DNA of 64,000 bases, taken from Diadema antillarum. Its lineage: Eukaryota. Positions 1 to 36,435 of this stretch are shown here, piece by piece. The stretch spans positions 2,046,001 through 2,110,000 of the forward strand of contig NW_027271475.1 of the NCBI RefSeq assembly GCF_040938485.1, read 5' to 3'. The position numbers and the translations under genes are program-made. A model generated the notes under the pieces. It was not told where the DNA came from, searched no databases, and was given only the letters and a program-made list of their open reading frames with translations. Each line of letters starts with the position of its first letter. The first letter of the stretch is position 1.

Positions 1-1069
1 ATGATTAGTAATAACAAATCCTAAATGTAAACAATATAATTTTACATCTCTGTCACATAATTGTCTATCTGTAGGATTGTGATCATGCAGTATGGACAGA
101 AAGAAAAATAGACAGAAAGTTCTGCATTTCCTAAAGGCGTCAACTGCACGTGGAAAAAAACTGTCAACGCTATAGGTGAAAAACAATGGTATCGGGGCCC
201 TCTGGTATAGTACATTGGTATCACTGAAGAGGCGATTCTGGCTAAAGAAGACTATTATTAGTACAATATTATTATTATCATTATTATCATTATCATCATA
301 ATTATTGTTGTTATTTTTATTATTTAACCTGATCATATACGGTTCTTCCACTATACCCACGGAACAATACCGTTCATACCCCCTACCCCTCCTCCTCCCC
401 CCCCCCCAACTCATATCCTTTCTCCGTCCCTCCAGAAAGTATTCTGATCCATCGTGTTTGCACCAAGGAGCAAAATGTAATGCAAATGATATGAGCAGGG
501 ACGGGACGGCGCAGTGTGGAAACACTGTATAGCAGCTGTATGAGAGACTGCGGGGAGAGATGGAGGGGAGAGGGAGAGAGCGAGATAATAATATTTAGAG
601 AGAGAAGGGAACAGAGAGAGAGAGAGAGAAGGGGAAAGAGAAGGGAGGGACCTCGCCTGCATCGCCCGAGATGCTACGGCTTCCAAGCTCTCCCATCACC
701 GAGCTGCACATTTCGAGATCGGCGCTTCATCATCATAGTGATTGCTCTAGCCATCCTCCGGAAAACGCTGCCATACCTTTTCTTTCTTTTTACTCTTTCT
801 TTGAACTCCATCAGTATACCGTTCTCTGCATCAATCTCTCACCATTCAAAAGTGTAATTCGGTGGGAATCCTTTTCCTCTCTGCTGCATTCAAGAAAATT
901 GTTTTTCTGTATATATTCAGCATCGAAGATATCACTTTGTGAGTGCAATTGCGGAACCCATTACAGGTCTAGGAAGAGAGTGTTTCAACTCAAACCCGCA
1001 GTTAGAATACTGACGTAACACCACATTAATATCTCTCTTCGCACATTCAACATCTAACTTCGTTACATC

Positions 1070-12764
<11,695 letters not shown>

Positions 12765-13803
12765 ATCACCGACAACTTTCCGTTAGTCATTGACCATTTT
12801 AGTTCATTATCACACTGTATCCGCAGTTTCAGTGAACAAAATAATAAGCTTTGGCCTTCCATAATTCATTTGACAGGGTTCCGTTGATTATTCAGCCACA
12901 TGATATGTGCTGGGTGTAAACTGTATATGTGGATTTCATCACGATCAAAACAAAAGAGCATGATGTACAAAATTGACATGAAGATAACGAACTTCAGTAG
13001 CTGTCTTGATTGTGGCTTACGCGGGATTTCCTTTTCCCATCGCTGTATCATTTTCTCGTCATGCTCAGAATCTTGGTATGTTATTGATGTCTCGTGTATG
13101 GTATCTTCAAAATTGTATGACTAATGAGAAGAGTCAGATATTCTATTCTGCTTATTGTTTATCTATATTTTTTTCTAATGAATCATGTGTGGATTACGTC
13201 CATTAGCATACAAAACAAACAGTGTTCGTCATAAGTAAAGAATGCTCTGGGGGCAAAACCTTTGATACGTTTCAGCGAAAGAGGAGGGGGGGAACGGGCG
13301 ATCTTAGACATAAATGACACTATAATTCCACAATATGTAAACCTGGAGATTGTTCTCAATACCTTAATATCTATCAAACTTTCTCGATATTCCAAGATAT
13401 TATCGTAGAAAATTAATTACTTTCAGTCTGTATAACTGAAAGGAAAAGTTCCAAGGTATCATAGTCGTGAATCAATTAATGAATATTGGTCTAGTATGTT
13501 TTGAGCCAACCTGCACCACATTAGTAGGCCCTACCTGCTTCATTAACTAACACACAGTGGCTATGATTGGACTCTATTTCAATTCATGCTAAATTTCCGT
13601 GCTTCCAAGTCCTGAGAAGATTCCGGTACTCAGTATTTTATTCGGGACATTTCTTCCACTCAACACTCTGGAGACTAAAGAACAAAGAAGGTGCTCCCAA
13701 ACTCTGAAACAGCCCCCTCTTGCGGGGTGAAAACTCACTATGATAGGGTATGTCTTTTTGTCAAGCTGACGTAGCTGGCGCAGATCAGTAACTGACTGGA
13801 CAC

Positions 13804-13977
13804 CTGGACAGTATTTCATGAAAGTTGTCAGCCCTGAGAAGTGTTCAGTCTCTGACAAATTCAGTAAAATCCTTGGTTTTGATGAGCCGAGAAACTCGGG
13901 TCACTGACTGTTACTATGGTAATTGTCAAGGACTGACAGCGTGTCAGTGCTGATAAATTTCATGAAACGATGTCCTG
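13804..13977. mobile_element. Degenerate hairpin MITE (TTTCATGAAA-containing TIRs)
   Basis: CTGGACAGTATTTCATGAAAGTTGTCAGC ... GCTGATAAATTTCATGAAACGATGTCCTG, imperfect inverted ends of about 29 bp. Confidence 0.55.
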
Positions 13978-14685
13978 ATCTTTTAATAGGTGTGTTTGTC
14001 TGCAAAGAAAATGAGGATTAGCTTTGGTTAGGCATAGAATTATGCATTCTCATCGTCAGGGGCTCCGTCAGACTTTCCAGATCAAGGATAGTAAAATGCT
14101 TTCATTCTCTTTACAAAAGCAGCATGCGATATCATGATAGCATAGATGAAATACACTAATGGATATTTGTGCACATTCTCTGAGTCATTTTACATCTTCC
14201 ATCGCAGTAAAGAGCAAATAGACAAAAGCGATAGAACAAATATAAGAGGGGTTTCGTAAGTGTACCAATAGTACACGATTATGCTTAACTCTTTTTTAAA
14301 GTGTCAAGATAGAAATACAGTATTACTTGGATGTTACCTGTGAGCTTCTTAACTTCCGGTGTCACTGTTAACCTTCCTAAAGTTCAGATATTCGATGATT
14401 TATGTTCTCGTTCAAATTTACTGTTGGTGTTCTGTTGCCTGCATGTGAACATTTCAGTTGTGTATAATGTTTTTCTTTGTGAAATTATGCAATCGACGCT
14501 TGGTAAGAACAAAAAACGTATAGCCAATAAATTCAACAAGCTGAAATGTATGCCGCTTAGAGTGCTTGTGCGAATTGTGTGATTTCATGGCTCGTTAGAT
14601 TAAGGTACGTACTTTATCTTTTCTATTGTCAAACGTAAATGAATTGCCTTCTTCCTCTTGCACACCAATACGCGATTAGAATTCA

Positions 14686-14950
14686 CTATTCCGAGGGTTT
14701 GTCCTCTCGAAGTTTCATTAATCCGAAAATAAAATAAGATTCGTAATTCTAAAAGTTCGTTTGTACCCATCTTTTTTTTTCTATTTTTGGATTAACAAAC
14801 TTTCGGAATAACGAACATCATTTCATTTTCGGACTATGGAATCTTCAGAATAACTAACCTTTGGATTAACTGACCCTATTTCATTTTCGGATTAACGAAC
14901 ATGTAGGTAGGCCTACAGGGAATTTCAACTTCTGTGTCTCGGAATAACGT
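14686..14950. mobile_element. Foldback family FB-A, degenerate copy A
   Basis: Decayed TTCGGAATAACGAACC / TTCATTTTCGGATTAACGAAC subrepeats and the shared AGGGAATTT core. Confidence 0.65.
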
Positions 14951-15713
14951 ATCTTCGCAAGAAAGAACATCGCTCCCGTAGACACGTATCACACTCGCGT
15001 GTGTTTGACTCATGCATGCGTTCGTCTGTATGGGATTGGTCCTGTTACGTGTTGGAATGGAATTGCTTATCGACGATCCTGTTTGCAAAACACACCAACA
15101 TCCAGACAACAAGACTGCAAGACAGACAGAAATGCATGAAAACAAATAAACAAACAAACAAATCAGAACACACACGCGCGCATATAAAGACACACACGAC
15201 CATCGCCAAAAGTTTTAGAATAACATGATTTATCGATTTTACATAAATCAGAAAATGCTGTACAACGGATCTGTCATTTCACTGTTCATTGCATTTATAT
15301 TCACATTTCTGAAATGAATAAAATGAATAGGATAACAATTACAGTTAAACTAATTATCATTACGCGCATAAATATAAATGGAAAAAAATGGTCACCGATA
15401 AATGTGTGTTCTTGAAAGAATGTGTTCTTGAAAGAAAAAAATAACAATCAGATTTTAGATCGGTTATTGGTGTGAGACTCATGGTAGTATGCATAGGGCT
15501 CCGCACGAAAAAGATAACAACCAAAAAGCAATCTTTATTACAATGAAATAAAATGAAAAACCAAAAAGGAGAGACAGAGAGAAATTCTTGGCAGGTGTAT
15601 CCCGCCCGATGCAACGTCCCTGGGCTTGGCTTTTTTTAGACCTTTTTACATGAATAGAATCGGTATCTGGCAATGCTGAGGTATAATTATAATGGTAAAT
15701 CCTCTTGGTAGTG

Positions 15714-15714
<1 letters not shown>

Positions 15715-15762
<48 letters not shown>
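15715..15762. repeat. (GTT)16 microsatellite
   Basis: Read directly. Confidence 0.97.
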
Positions 15763-17714
15763 AATTTTTGTTTAAGAAAACAATAAAAATAAATGGGGGC
15801 TCTATTGAATATAACTTGCTCCAGACAATACTGATATCAAATCAAACTACATTATGAACAGCTCAAACAATATGATTATTTGAACTTTATAGATACTAAT
15901 ACAATGTCTCCAGGAGGGAGCTCATTAGAAAAGAACAGTGTGAAAACGTCTCCGCGTGACCTTCATAATCTTATCTTCAGAACAAAGAAGGGCCTAGTGC
16001 TAACAATGAAGATGTTTCTCTGGGTTAATATGACAATCAATTTACATCATTATCAGCAGCCCTATATTATGTAGAATCGCTCTAAGCCAGCATCAACATT
16101 GCAATAAGCCAGTTCAGAGTTAGCTCATGGTCACATTGGTCCGAATGACCTTTCTTTTTTTTTCCTCATGTGGTTAGGGGCACTTCATTCGTTTTAGCGC
16201 GACATAGTGCGTAAGCTTTACATACATGGAATTCATTGACCCTGTTCAAACAAAGAATGAACTTCCATAGACCAGATGACCAGAATGATCCGTCAATTAA
16301 CACTTGGGAAAGCATCCATTTCATTATTTTGCATTGAATGTATTAACATTCTCTTTCTATTGATAATTGCCAAATACCACTTTTGCTGTCAGGTGGATGT
16401 GCTGGCAAGCAGCGTTTATAGGGATTACATGAATAATCTGTACATCACAGATGCTTATCCCAGTGAATTAAAAAATAAACATGCCTGTTGGTACGAATAA
16501 CCTTTCTTCTGCTCATGCGCAAAGTGGAACTGCGAACTGGCTTATTAACGGAGGGAGTAATCAATCTACAAGTCCTGTAATTGATACAGAAGAGAGAACG
16601 ATAAGCAAGATGTAAATGAATAAACAAATAAATTGGACGAAGAATCAATAGAACGCTGAAGCCAGTGGGAGGGCCTACGTCCAAAGAAGGTCATTTTAAG
16701 CAGGGAGGTGTCTCACCTCCCTGTTTTAAGCAATCTTAGCTCTTAACGTATCTCAAAGGATTTTGCGCAAATTCTAGAAAATGTGTTTGAGATTACTTTG
16801 CTGGAAAATGTAAAAAGAAAATACGTATACAGCAGGAAATATGTCACGTGACAACGAAATCCGAACTGCAACAAATCATTTAGAGGAACTTTCAACAGCT
16901 TTAACTTTCCTGCTACTTCTTCTTTTTCGCTCTGAGCTTCACCGAGGTATGATTTTCATACAACGATTTTTCAGTCAAAATTAAGAGCTGGAAGGAGACC
17001 CCCCCCCCCCCCCCCCCCCCATTAAGTTATCATAGACTTACCGTAGCTTTATAGGTTCGACATCAATAAACGTTTCTGGTGCTGCATTTCAAGTTTGGTT
17101 CAGCAGTGCCAGGATCAGGTAGGGTTTGCGATTACAGAAGGCTGGTTTGCAGGTATAGCGAGAACTAATTTTCAAGCAGTCAGACAATCAAAAACGAACC
17201 ATTTTGATCTCTCTCCCACCTGCCTGATTAGAACTCGATGAATGATGAAGAGTACACCGCGAACCACCGAGAATAGAATGCTCCTCCCATGAACATTGGG
17301 TGAATGCTGCCATCAGCGACAGTAACCTGCAAATTTCACTTTGTGAAATCCCAAACAGATGCAAAACAAAACTGGCGTCGCCACGAACCAGTGACTCTCC
17401 TTAAAAAAAAAAAAAAAAAAAGAAAATATATGAAATTGTAAGAGAACCCCTAGCCAAATGGAAAATCAGATGTTGTTACAAGAAGCGTTTAGCATAGGCC
17501 GATTTGTACATTCTCTGCGAACACAGTACACACGCCCAAAGAATCATGATAAAAGGTATTATGAAACACGTGTTCGCATGTGAGTCTGTGCGTGTGTGTG
17601 GGGAGGGGGGGGGGGGGGAAGGGGGAATTCGTCCCTTTACAAAAAAAAAAATGTCTGTCTGTCACTGTGTGTGGATGTATGTGTGGTGTAGTGTGGGTGT
17701 GTGTGTATGTGTGA

Positions 17715-17718
<4 letters not shown>

Positions 17719-17776
<58 letters not shown>
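17719..17776. repeat. (GT)29 microsatellite
   Basis: Read directly. Confidence 0.97.
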
Positions 17777-17778
<2 letters not shown>

Positions 17779-17980
17779 GGTTGTGAGCGTATCGTGTGCA
17801 TCTGTATTTTCAGTATCAGCATACTCCACGCAGTGGTAAAATCAAAATGTGAAGAAATAGAGAAGCTCATATCCACTATGCTGCATCCTCAACCCTCCTT
17901 CCAAAATATGGGGACATGTGAGTATAATATCTGTAAACCTTACTGTTGCTCATACAACGCCATTACCCAAGCTATTTTGA

Positions 17981-18914
17981 CCCCTTCCAGGCCCAAGGAG
18001 GGGGGGGGGGGGCACATTGTACATGCCCCCCATATAACTTCTTTATTACATGATGTATCACCGCCATATTTGGCACATGAGTAGATCAACTTATACTCTA
18101 TATGACCCAACATTTGAAATTTCTCAAGGTCACCCATTGAGGGCGCTATTTGCCAAAGTATAAAGATATGCATAGGAAATATGCTAAAGCCATGTTTTTT
18201 TTTTCTTTTTATTTCTTTATCCTGGGTATATGTTCTTATTTCATTCTAAGCATTGTGGTTGAAATTTCTCAAGGTCAACACATGGGGGCGCTATTCATTA
18301 CAACATAAAGAAATATTATACGAGACCTATATGATGCAGGCTATTGCATGTGACATGTACATATATTTGTATCACATTCTATATTTTAACAATATTGGAA
18401 TTTTGAGTTTGCAGATTGATAATATGATAGACAAATGATACTACAAGCAAAGCTTGTGTGAAAATGACACTGAATAAAAGGTTAGTCTTTGGAAAATGCT
18501 GTATTTTCCATTATTTCTTATTATATCTATCGTTTGTTGTCCATGTCATATTAGAATAAAGTAGATAATATGAAGACCAATTCAGGGTAATTCACGACCG
18601 TAATTACTTCACATTTTGGTCCTTCAGCAAAGTACAGCCCCCAAGCCCCCAGTTATTCATCCATTATTATATTGTTTAAACTGAAACTGGAACAGAAAAA
18701 CGTACAAAATTTGACGGGACATGGTTGTCAGTTTACGGTTACCATCACAACCAGCAATATCGGATATTGCTAAGTTATACATCAACATTTTCGCAATAAA
18801 GTTTTGGGAAAAGTCACCAAATTTGATCGAAAATCGACTGAAGGGCATATCCTAGGGGTGGCAAATGAAAATATGGTAGGGGGCACAATGTGCCATCCGG
18901 GCTTTATGATGGGG
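17981..18914. mobile_element. Possible piggyBac-like non-autonomous element (degenerate)
   Basis: Left end ttga|CCCC...GGGGCACATTGT..GCCCCC; right end GGGGGCACAATGTGCC...GGGG|taaa (inverted match); decayed TTAA flanks. Confidence 0.45.
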
Positions 18915-21221
18915 TAAAGGATATGCAATATCAACAAATGTATTTTTACTTGTGTTGATTTATAATGTCCTGATAATATACGTGCCATATTTTTGAATGT
19001 ATTTTCTATTTTTCTTCAGATTATTCGGATACGCCAACAAAAAATGAAAAAAGAAATCTTCCTAAATTTGGATTCTGTTGATGACATCATCTGCCCATCA
19101 CTACACTACTCAAATGACCCCGTATAAACTGGATGTAACTTGCATATTTCCATGCCATGCTACCTAATTAGTAACTGTACATGGATAGGAAACGTAGAAA
19201 ATATGACATATGATTTTATTTAGATAGTCGTTTGGCTCCGTGGGTGATGATCACCGTTTTATTACTCTTCTCAAGTCAACGTGCATTTCATTGTAGGACA
19301 TTGCTAAACGGCCAAGTGCATTGCATTTATAGGACGATCGAGGGAGGTGAGACTCTCACCTCCTGATAAGACACAGCCAGGTAATAGCTTCAGTCAAGGA
19401 AGCAGAATGGATAAAAGGAGAGAAGATAATTAAGAATAATAAAAAAGGAACTAAGAGGATAATGAGAAAACGAAAAATAAGAAGAGGAGGAGAGATTGAC
19501 GTGAGCGAGAAGAAGAAAGAATGAATACAATAAGAAGGATAGAAAAAGTAGGCCTAAACCCTTGCTTATGTTCGATGGCCAAATAGCATTTGTACGGTAT
19601 AGCCTAACATACAATATGTGATGTTATCAATAATGCTCCCCGAATTGAGGGTCTACAAAGAAAAGCAACAGACCAAATGAGTAGGGCCGGCAGGCGAAAT
19701 ATTTGTATATAATGGGGAATGTTTGAAATAGGCAGGACGACAGAGAGAAAGTTAGAAGAAAATAAGACATGATAACTAAAAGATATTGGAAAATTTATGA
19801 AATGATATTGCTTATGTATATCCTATTTACTATAGGGCCTACAGCGATTTTGTCTTGCTATCATTGTCCTGTGTAGTGTATAACGACTTGAACAAGACTA
19901 TGTATTTACGGGGGAAGTGCTCAAATATGCATGAGTCATTGTAAGGCGCGAAATGCCATCTGCTTCCTTGTAAATTCCTCGATAGTACAATGTACATAAA
20001 CTATATTATTATGCAATTAATGCAACGCGTATATCCAGCACACGTGGAGCAATCGTCGTCTGCTACATACATAACACTAAAACACGAGCGTCATACCAAG
20101 TTCTAGAATTGATTTCGTATCGCTATTGCGTAAGTAAACACTATATAACAACGTAGATATCATAGTATATACCTTCATTATAGAGAAAAACAAACAAAGA
20201 AACAAACAGACTTTTCTATAACGGGTGTGAGAAAGATGCTGACGAAAATGTTTGAACTGCAAATCTCCGTTGTCAGTTATCATAATTTACCTGAGGTCAA
20301 CATGTAGGCAACATTGATTAAAGCTGAGTACAAACTTTTTGGAACATACAATATAATTTGTCTTCTACAAAATATTCCATTAACTACGAAATCCGGGGAA
20401 ATTGTCTGAATATGTTGTGGGCCATATACACAGCCTACTGCTTATACCAACCTCAATAATACACTATCTCTGTATTATGTAGATAAAATATTACATGTGA
20501 AAATAATTTATACAAAGATATAATCATGATCAAGTTCAAGACAATGTGAATGTAACGTAATATTATAGGCCCATACATACAAAAACCATCGCAGGTCCAC
20601 CGTTTTATGCAAAACGAATACTACAACGTAAAATGTACAATGTGAAATGGCGACAATGATATATTCCTCAATATCATAATAATAATTCTCGATATCAAAA
20701 TGAAAGTTATGTACAGTGTATGTATAACCGTATACGTATTATGTACATGACCTTGTAAGCCCTGTATGTATGTGTATGTAGTATGCATCTATACATGCCG
20801 GACTCTGTATTATGTCGCAACACTTGTCTCACGTACTGACGTATACGCGATTGCTACATGCATGTACTTTCCCCAGCATATGCTGACTGCCAAATTTAGT
20901 CTTGATACTACGTACATCTTTCCCCTGAGCCACACTGTTCCACTCTCAGCATTCCATGATCCACGTGGTGCCATTACTATTATTTCAAAGAGGGTGCAAA
21001 GGAAATAGAAGCTTGAATCAAAAAAAAAATCCTAGGTTTTTACCTGACAATACTCTCCCGCCTACATTTGCCGTTAGTCTATGCTTTTATTGATCAAAAT
21101 GAAGACTTTAAAAATGATTGTCTGTTTAAACTGTCAAGTAAAATGTCGGAACATCAAAGACTACAGTCCAATGCAGCGAGAGCTGCAAGGCCCTCCTCTG
21201 CTCACAGAAGGTCCATTGCCT

Positions 21222-21258
21222 TATAAAACCAGGGAGCGTTGTACGGATAGTTTCATTC
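21222..21258 (+). promoter_or_regulatory. Candidate G2 core promoter: TATAAAA (21222-21228) and initiator TCATTC (21253-21258)
   Basis: Consensus TATA with an Inr about 33 nt downstream. A second TATA-like TATAATTA lies near 21343. Confidence 0.5.
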
Positions 21259-21461
21259 CATTCTCTTTGTCGACCGCCCATCACAACGGACCACAAAGAG
21301 AGCTACGGGAGAAGAGCCCAACTGGGGAAAGTCTTCATGATTTATAATTATTTTTATGCTCTCATTTGAGCGTGAGATCTCAGGGGTGTATTTCTGACGT
21401 AATCAAGTTTGTTTTCTGTTCGTTTGACTCGTTTGACTCGGTGCAGGCTATCATATTCAAC

Positions 21462-32720
<11,259 letters not shown>

Positions 32721-33179
32721 TCTGATAGAGGGACAATGCCAAACAAAGATCAAATTATTTCCACCTTTCTTTCTTATTGATGTAACCAGGAGTTAGGTTT
32801 CCTCTTATGTTTAAAGCGACCACTAAAACATTGAAGCCACCACTAAAACATAAACCTTCTGCGTTTCACTCCACCGTGCAGTTACGTAGTTAACCTTCGT
32901 AGACCTCCTATTCCATCTCAAGGCAGACTATATATCAATTTCACGAGTAATATAGTTGACATAGCAATGAATACAAATAGTTATCTGTACCTCGCGGTAC
33001 ATCCTCATTACTAAACTTGTTTACAGAACCATAGGCGCTTTGCCACAATAACTTTCATAAACTTTGACACCTTTGAAAGGCCATACTGTCAATGAACGAC
33101 GTTCTGCCAGCCGTTTCAATGAAAATATTGGATGTAACAACTTGCATATATCACAGTTTGTACATTCTTCTTTCTCTAG

Positions 33180-33185
33180 AATAAA
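33180..33185 (+). terminator. Candidate polyadenylation signal AATAAA of G2
   Basis: First AATAAA I found downstream of the G2 stop codon (460 nt). Confidence 0.4.
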
Positions 33186-33829
33186 AATTAACAAACATGG
33201 GTAGGTATAACTCATATTTTACGGCGTGAAAATAATGAAATCACAAAGTATCGAAATACAGGCCTACCGTCAAATTTCGAATACACCCAAAGATATTCAT
33301 TTAACTATTTGAAGCCCTTGTAAAATCTTCGTCTTCTGGCAAAGTTGTCTCATACGATACTGCCAATGAACATTTCATTAAGTATAGGAGCAAGTGTGAC
33401 AACGATCTTTGTGCAAGATCCCATCGATATATTATACTTCAGGGTAAACATTACGAGTATGTGCATTATAATTTCTTACATTGTGCAAGATATTTTCGGA
33501 AATGCAATAAAACGGATCTAGTAAACACTTTAATGTTTGACGAATATTCTTAATGATACTTTCATGTCCCACATAGAGCCGGTTCCAGCCGATTCCATCT
33601 TTAACGCTTACGGACAATGTTCCGCTGAATGATGCTAAGTATTTCACTGTGTCTGCTGTACAAGTCGTATCACCATTCTTCGCTGAAGCTCCCGACATCT
33701 GTGTGTGCGCACATGTGCCACTTGAGGGCGTGATTGTAATTTTGCCGGCGTCAGCTCGTCATTGTCACGGCGGCCCTCGTGAAACGTGTCTCGAGGCAGC
33801 ACTTACCGAGCAGGCAACAACATCGTTAA

Positions 33830-34205
33830 AGGGACTGTACAGTACTGGTTGAGGTGGGGATTCAGGTTTACAACATTAATAAGTGAGATAAGGAGAAACC
33901 TCTTATGAAATATGAAAGAGCATGTAATTCTATGAGGAATTCAACGTTTATTTGATGAAAATTGGTTTTAAAATGGCTGAGATATAAAAAAAGCAATTCT
34001 CATAAAGTGTGGGACCCACAATTTGTTACGATGGCTTTGTTTAATTTGTTTTTGGACATTACAGTCATTCCAAACCCAATTTTCATCAAATAAACTTTGA
34101 ATTCTCTTAAAATGGTTACTCTGTATTATATCATAAGTGTTTTCTTGGTATCTCGCAAAAATTTAAAAGCCTAATTTTCATCTCCACCAATACTGTACTA
34201 TCCCT
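33830..34205. mobile_element. Kolobok-like MITE family K2
   Basis: TTAA|AGGGACTGTACAGTACTGG...CCAATACTGTACTATCCCT|TTAA. Confidence 0.87.
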
Positions 34206-34209
34206 TTAA

Positions 34210-34472
34210 CCCTTCGGCCCCGAACGTCGGCGACTGCACGTCCTGTACACGGTTCTGTGTTTGTGCGTTGTTAGTGTGTGTGTGTGTGTGTGTGTGTGAC
34301 GGTGTTTCTTTGAGTTTTCATGAGTGTGCGTGTGAGATGTGGGTATGTGAAAATGGACGCCTTTATCATCATTGTACAACATTTAGGAGTTTAGCGTCAC
34401 CGCGTCCTCCAGAGAGTAAAAGCACGCCGAGAAAAGTTTGACACGGCTTATGATATTTTGGGTGCTAAAGTG
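34210..34472. mobile_element. piggyBac-like MITE sharing a TTAA with the K2 copy
   Basis: TTAA|CCCTTCGGCCCC...GGGTGCTAAAGTG|TTAA; imperfect inverted ends with C..G termini. Confidence 0.5.
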
Positions 34473-35810
34473 TTAAACAGTATGTAATCGCTCCAAGCAA
34501 ACGACAGTATTCCATAATGGCAGAAAATATTGCCATTTTCTTTGTGACTTATTAATTCTCCCCACGTTCCGCTGAAATAACGAAAACAAAAATAACAACA
34601 GTTAACCTTGTGACTGTGGTGTATGTTGGAAAGTAGGTCAGGCAGGTGATATATTGTGACGTTGTTGTCAGTGAAATAAATCGTCATGTATCTCATTTTA
34701 TTAAAGCAGAAGAGTCTGCTTTGATTAGAACCTCGTTTGATTGAAGTAGACAAAACAGGGTGTATTCGTCGCTTACAATTCCTCACGTCAATGACATCGC
34801 AAAGGCAAAACAACAACAAAATTGCATGAAGTATAGTTCCCCTTTAAATACTTCCCGAAAAGTATCAAACAAACATAGAATCAAGTTAGCAACAGGAAAA
34901 AAACACAAAATGATACAGATGCAAATGAGTTCATGTGGTTGCTATGAAAATGAAGTAAATAGCTAGCTAGTTGCTGGCACGTCTTCGTGAATGTGAATTA
35001 TTCATGACGTGAATTTCGCTCGACGAAGTGTAATCATCATGGGCAAAGAGGGTGCCTCTCATCCAATACTTGCTAGTATGCGGTACTGCTTGAGTAGCGC
35101 ATTTCTTACCTCTAGGCCAAACAAAGCAAACTAGTCAGAGGTTATAAGCAAGCGGTTGGTAGTGGTGGAGGTCCAGTTTATTGAGTGAAAGAACAGCCAA
35201 GCCATTAATATTCTTTTGATTATGATGACTACGAGACGATGGTAAGAGTAGCAATGCTGCCACAACCATACCGACGCAACGTGGAAGTACACATCATCAG
35301 TGTCGTTGTCGATGATGAAGATGATATTCATGATGATGATGATGACGAAGACGTTCTTAAAGTTGGTGATGATTAGAATATTCAAAAAGATTTTAAAAAA
35401 AACAGTGTGACATTAATGCTTTTGAGACATGGAGAAAACGTCCATGCATTTGTACAAGAATATTTCATTGTCTCACTCTCAATATCAAAGAACTGCAAAG
35501 GTAAATACTGTAATGGTAAGTGTAGATAGATAAGGCGTGTATAAAAAGCAGCGGAACACGAGTTTCCCCAGCTCCATTCACCCGTTTTTAATCCTAAACA
35601 TTCCATCCACGTGGGTTTCGAACCCTAAAATCGTCTCTAGTGTTATTCGTACACAGCGTCTATTTCGTGGCGATTTTCGGAGGTGCCTTGATGAAACATA
35701 TTAATCGCAACCATTTTTTTTTCAAACTGACTCTGTCATCCTATAGCAACGAAATTTCATTGGATTAGTGCATGCATGAGCATGCCGTATAATTGCTAAA
35801 TGGCGTTGAT

Positions 35811-35901
35811 GTTGACCCCTTAGAATGCTGAAGGTACTAATCCGTGCCAATGGACAATCCATGCAGGGACGACCTATCGAGTTACATTCAAAGGGGTCAA
35901 C
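35811..35901. mobile_element. 91-bp inverted-repeat element
   Basis: GTTGACCCCTTAGAATG / CATTCAAAGGGGTCAAC (16/17). Confidence 0.6.
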
Positions 35902-36142
35902 AAGGGTCATAGACCGATCTCCAAAGCCATAAAAAAAAATCTCCCTGACCTACTTTGTATTTATAGTAATCACGATTAAAAAATAGTAATAATAACCAAT
36001 TCAAACCGCTAACACGATATGTGCAGGCGATAGTGTAATATTCAGACACTGTTTTCTCTCGACGGAGTCGAATTAACGTCACTCTCAAAGAAAAAAAAAT
36101 CGATAATCTGACCAACATTAACAATGTGTACCTGTTGTATTG

Positions 36143-36435
36143 GGTGCACGTCACGAGACCGACACCCACGAGTCGTACATCCCACGAGTCATACAGCTCA
36201 CAAGTCATACAGCCCATGAGTTATGCAGCTCACGAGTCATACAGCCCGTCAGTTTGACACTAAGCTTACAAGGCCCACGAGCCCGTGTTGTATCTGTCGA
36301 ACTCGTGGGCTGTTTTTACCAAGTGTCGAACTCATGGGCTGTATGACTCGTGAGCTGTATGACTCATGGACCTGTTTTCAATGTCGAACTCGTGGGCTGT
36401 ATGATTCGTGGGTGTCGGTCTAGTGGGATGACCCC
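36143..36435. mobile_element. Foldback family FB-B full copy, with about 15-bp subrepeats and a 9-bp TSD
   Basis: Left arm has CCCACGAGTCATACAG-type units, inverted in the right arm; GTTGTATTG is repeated at 36134-36142 and 36436-36444. Confidence 0.88.

Noticed and set aside
305-1018. Overlapping 75-115 aa ORFs at the window start
   Set aside because: They are low-complexity purine/pyrimidine tracts in the G1 upstream region with no recognisable protein features.
35513-35521. ATG|GTAAGT as an alternative exon 1 for G3
   Set aside because: It has no promoter-like context, lying in AT-rich DNA among transposon remnants. The 42271 candidate has better start context and core-promoter elements. 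It is not formally excluded without RNA data.
35585-35635. B-box-like GGGTTCGAAACCC on the minus strand suggesting a tRNA or SINE
   Set aside because: I could not find a matching A-box or cloverleaf.
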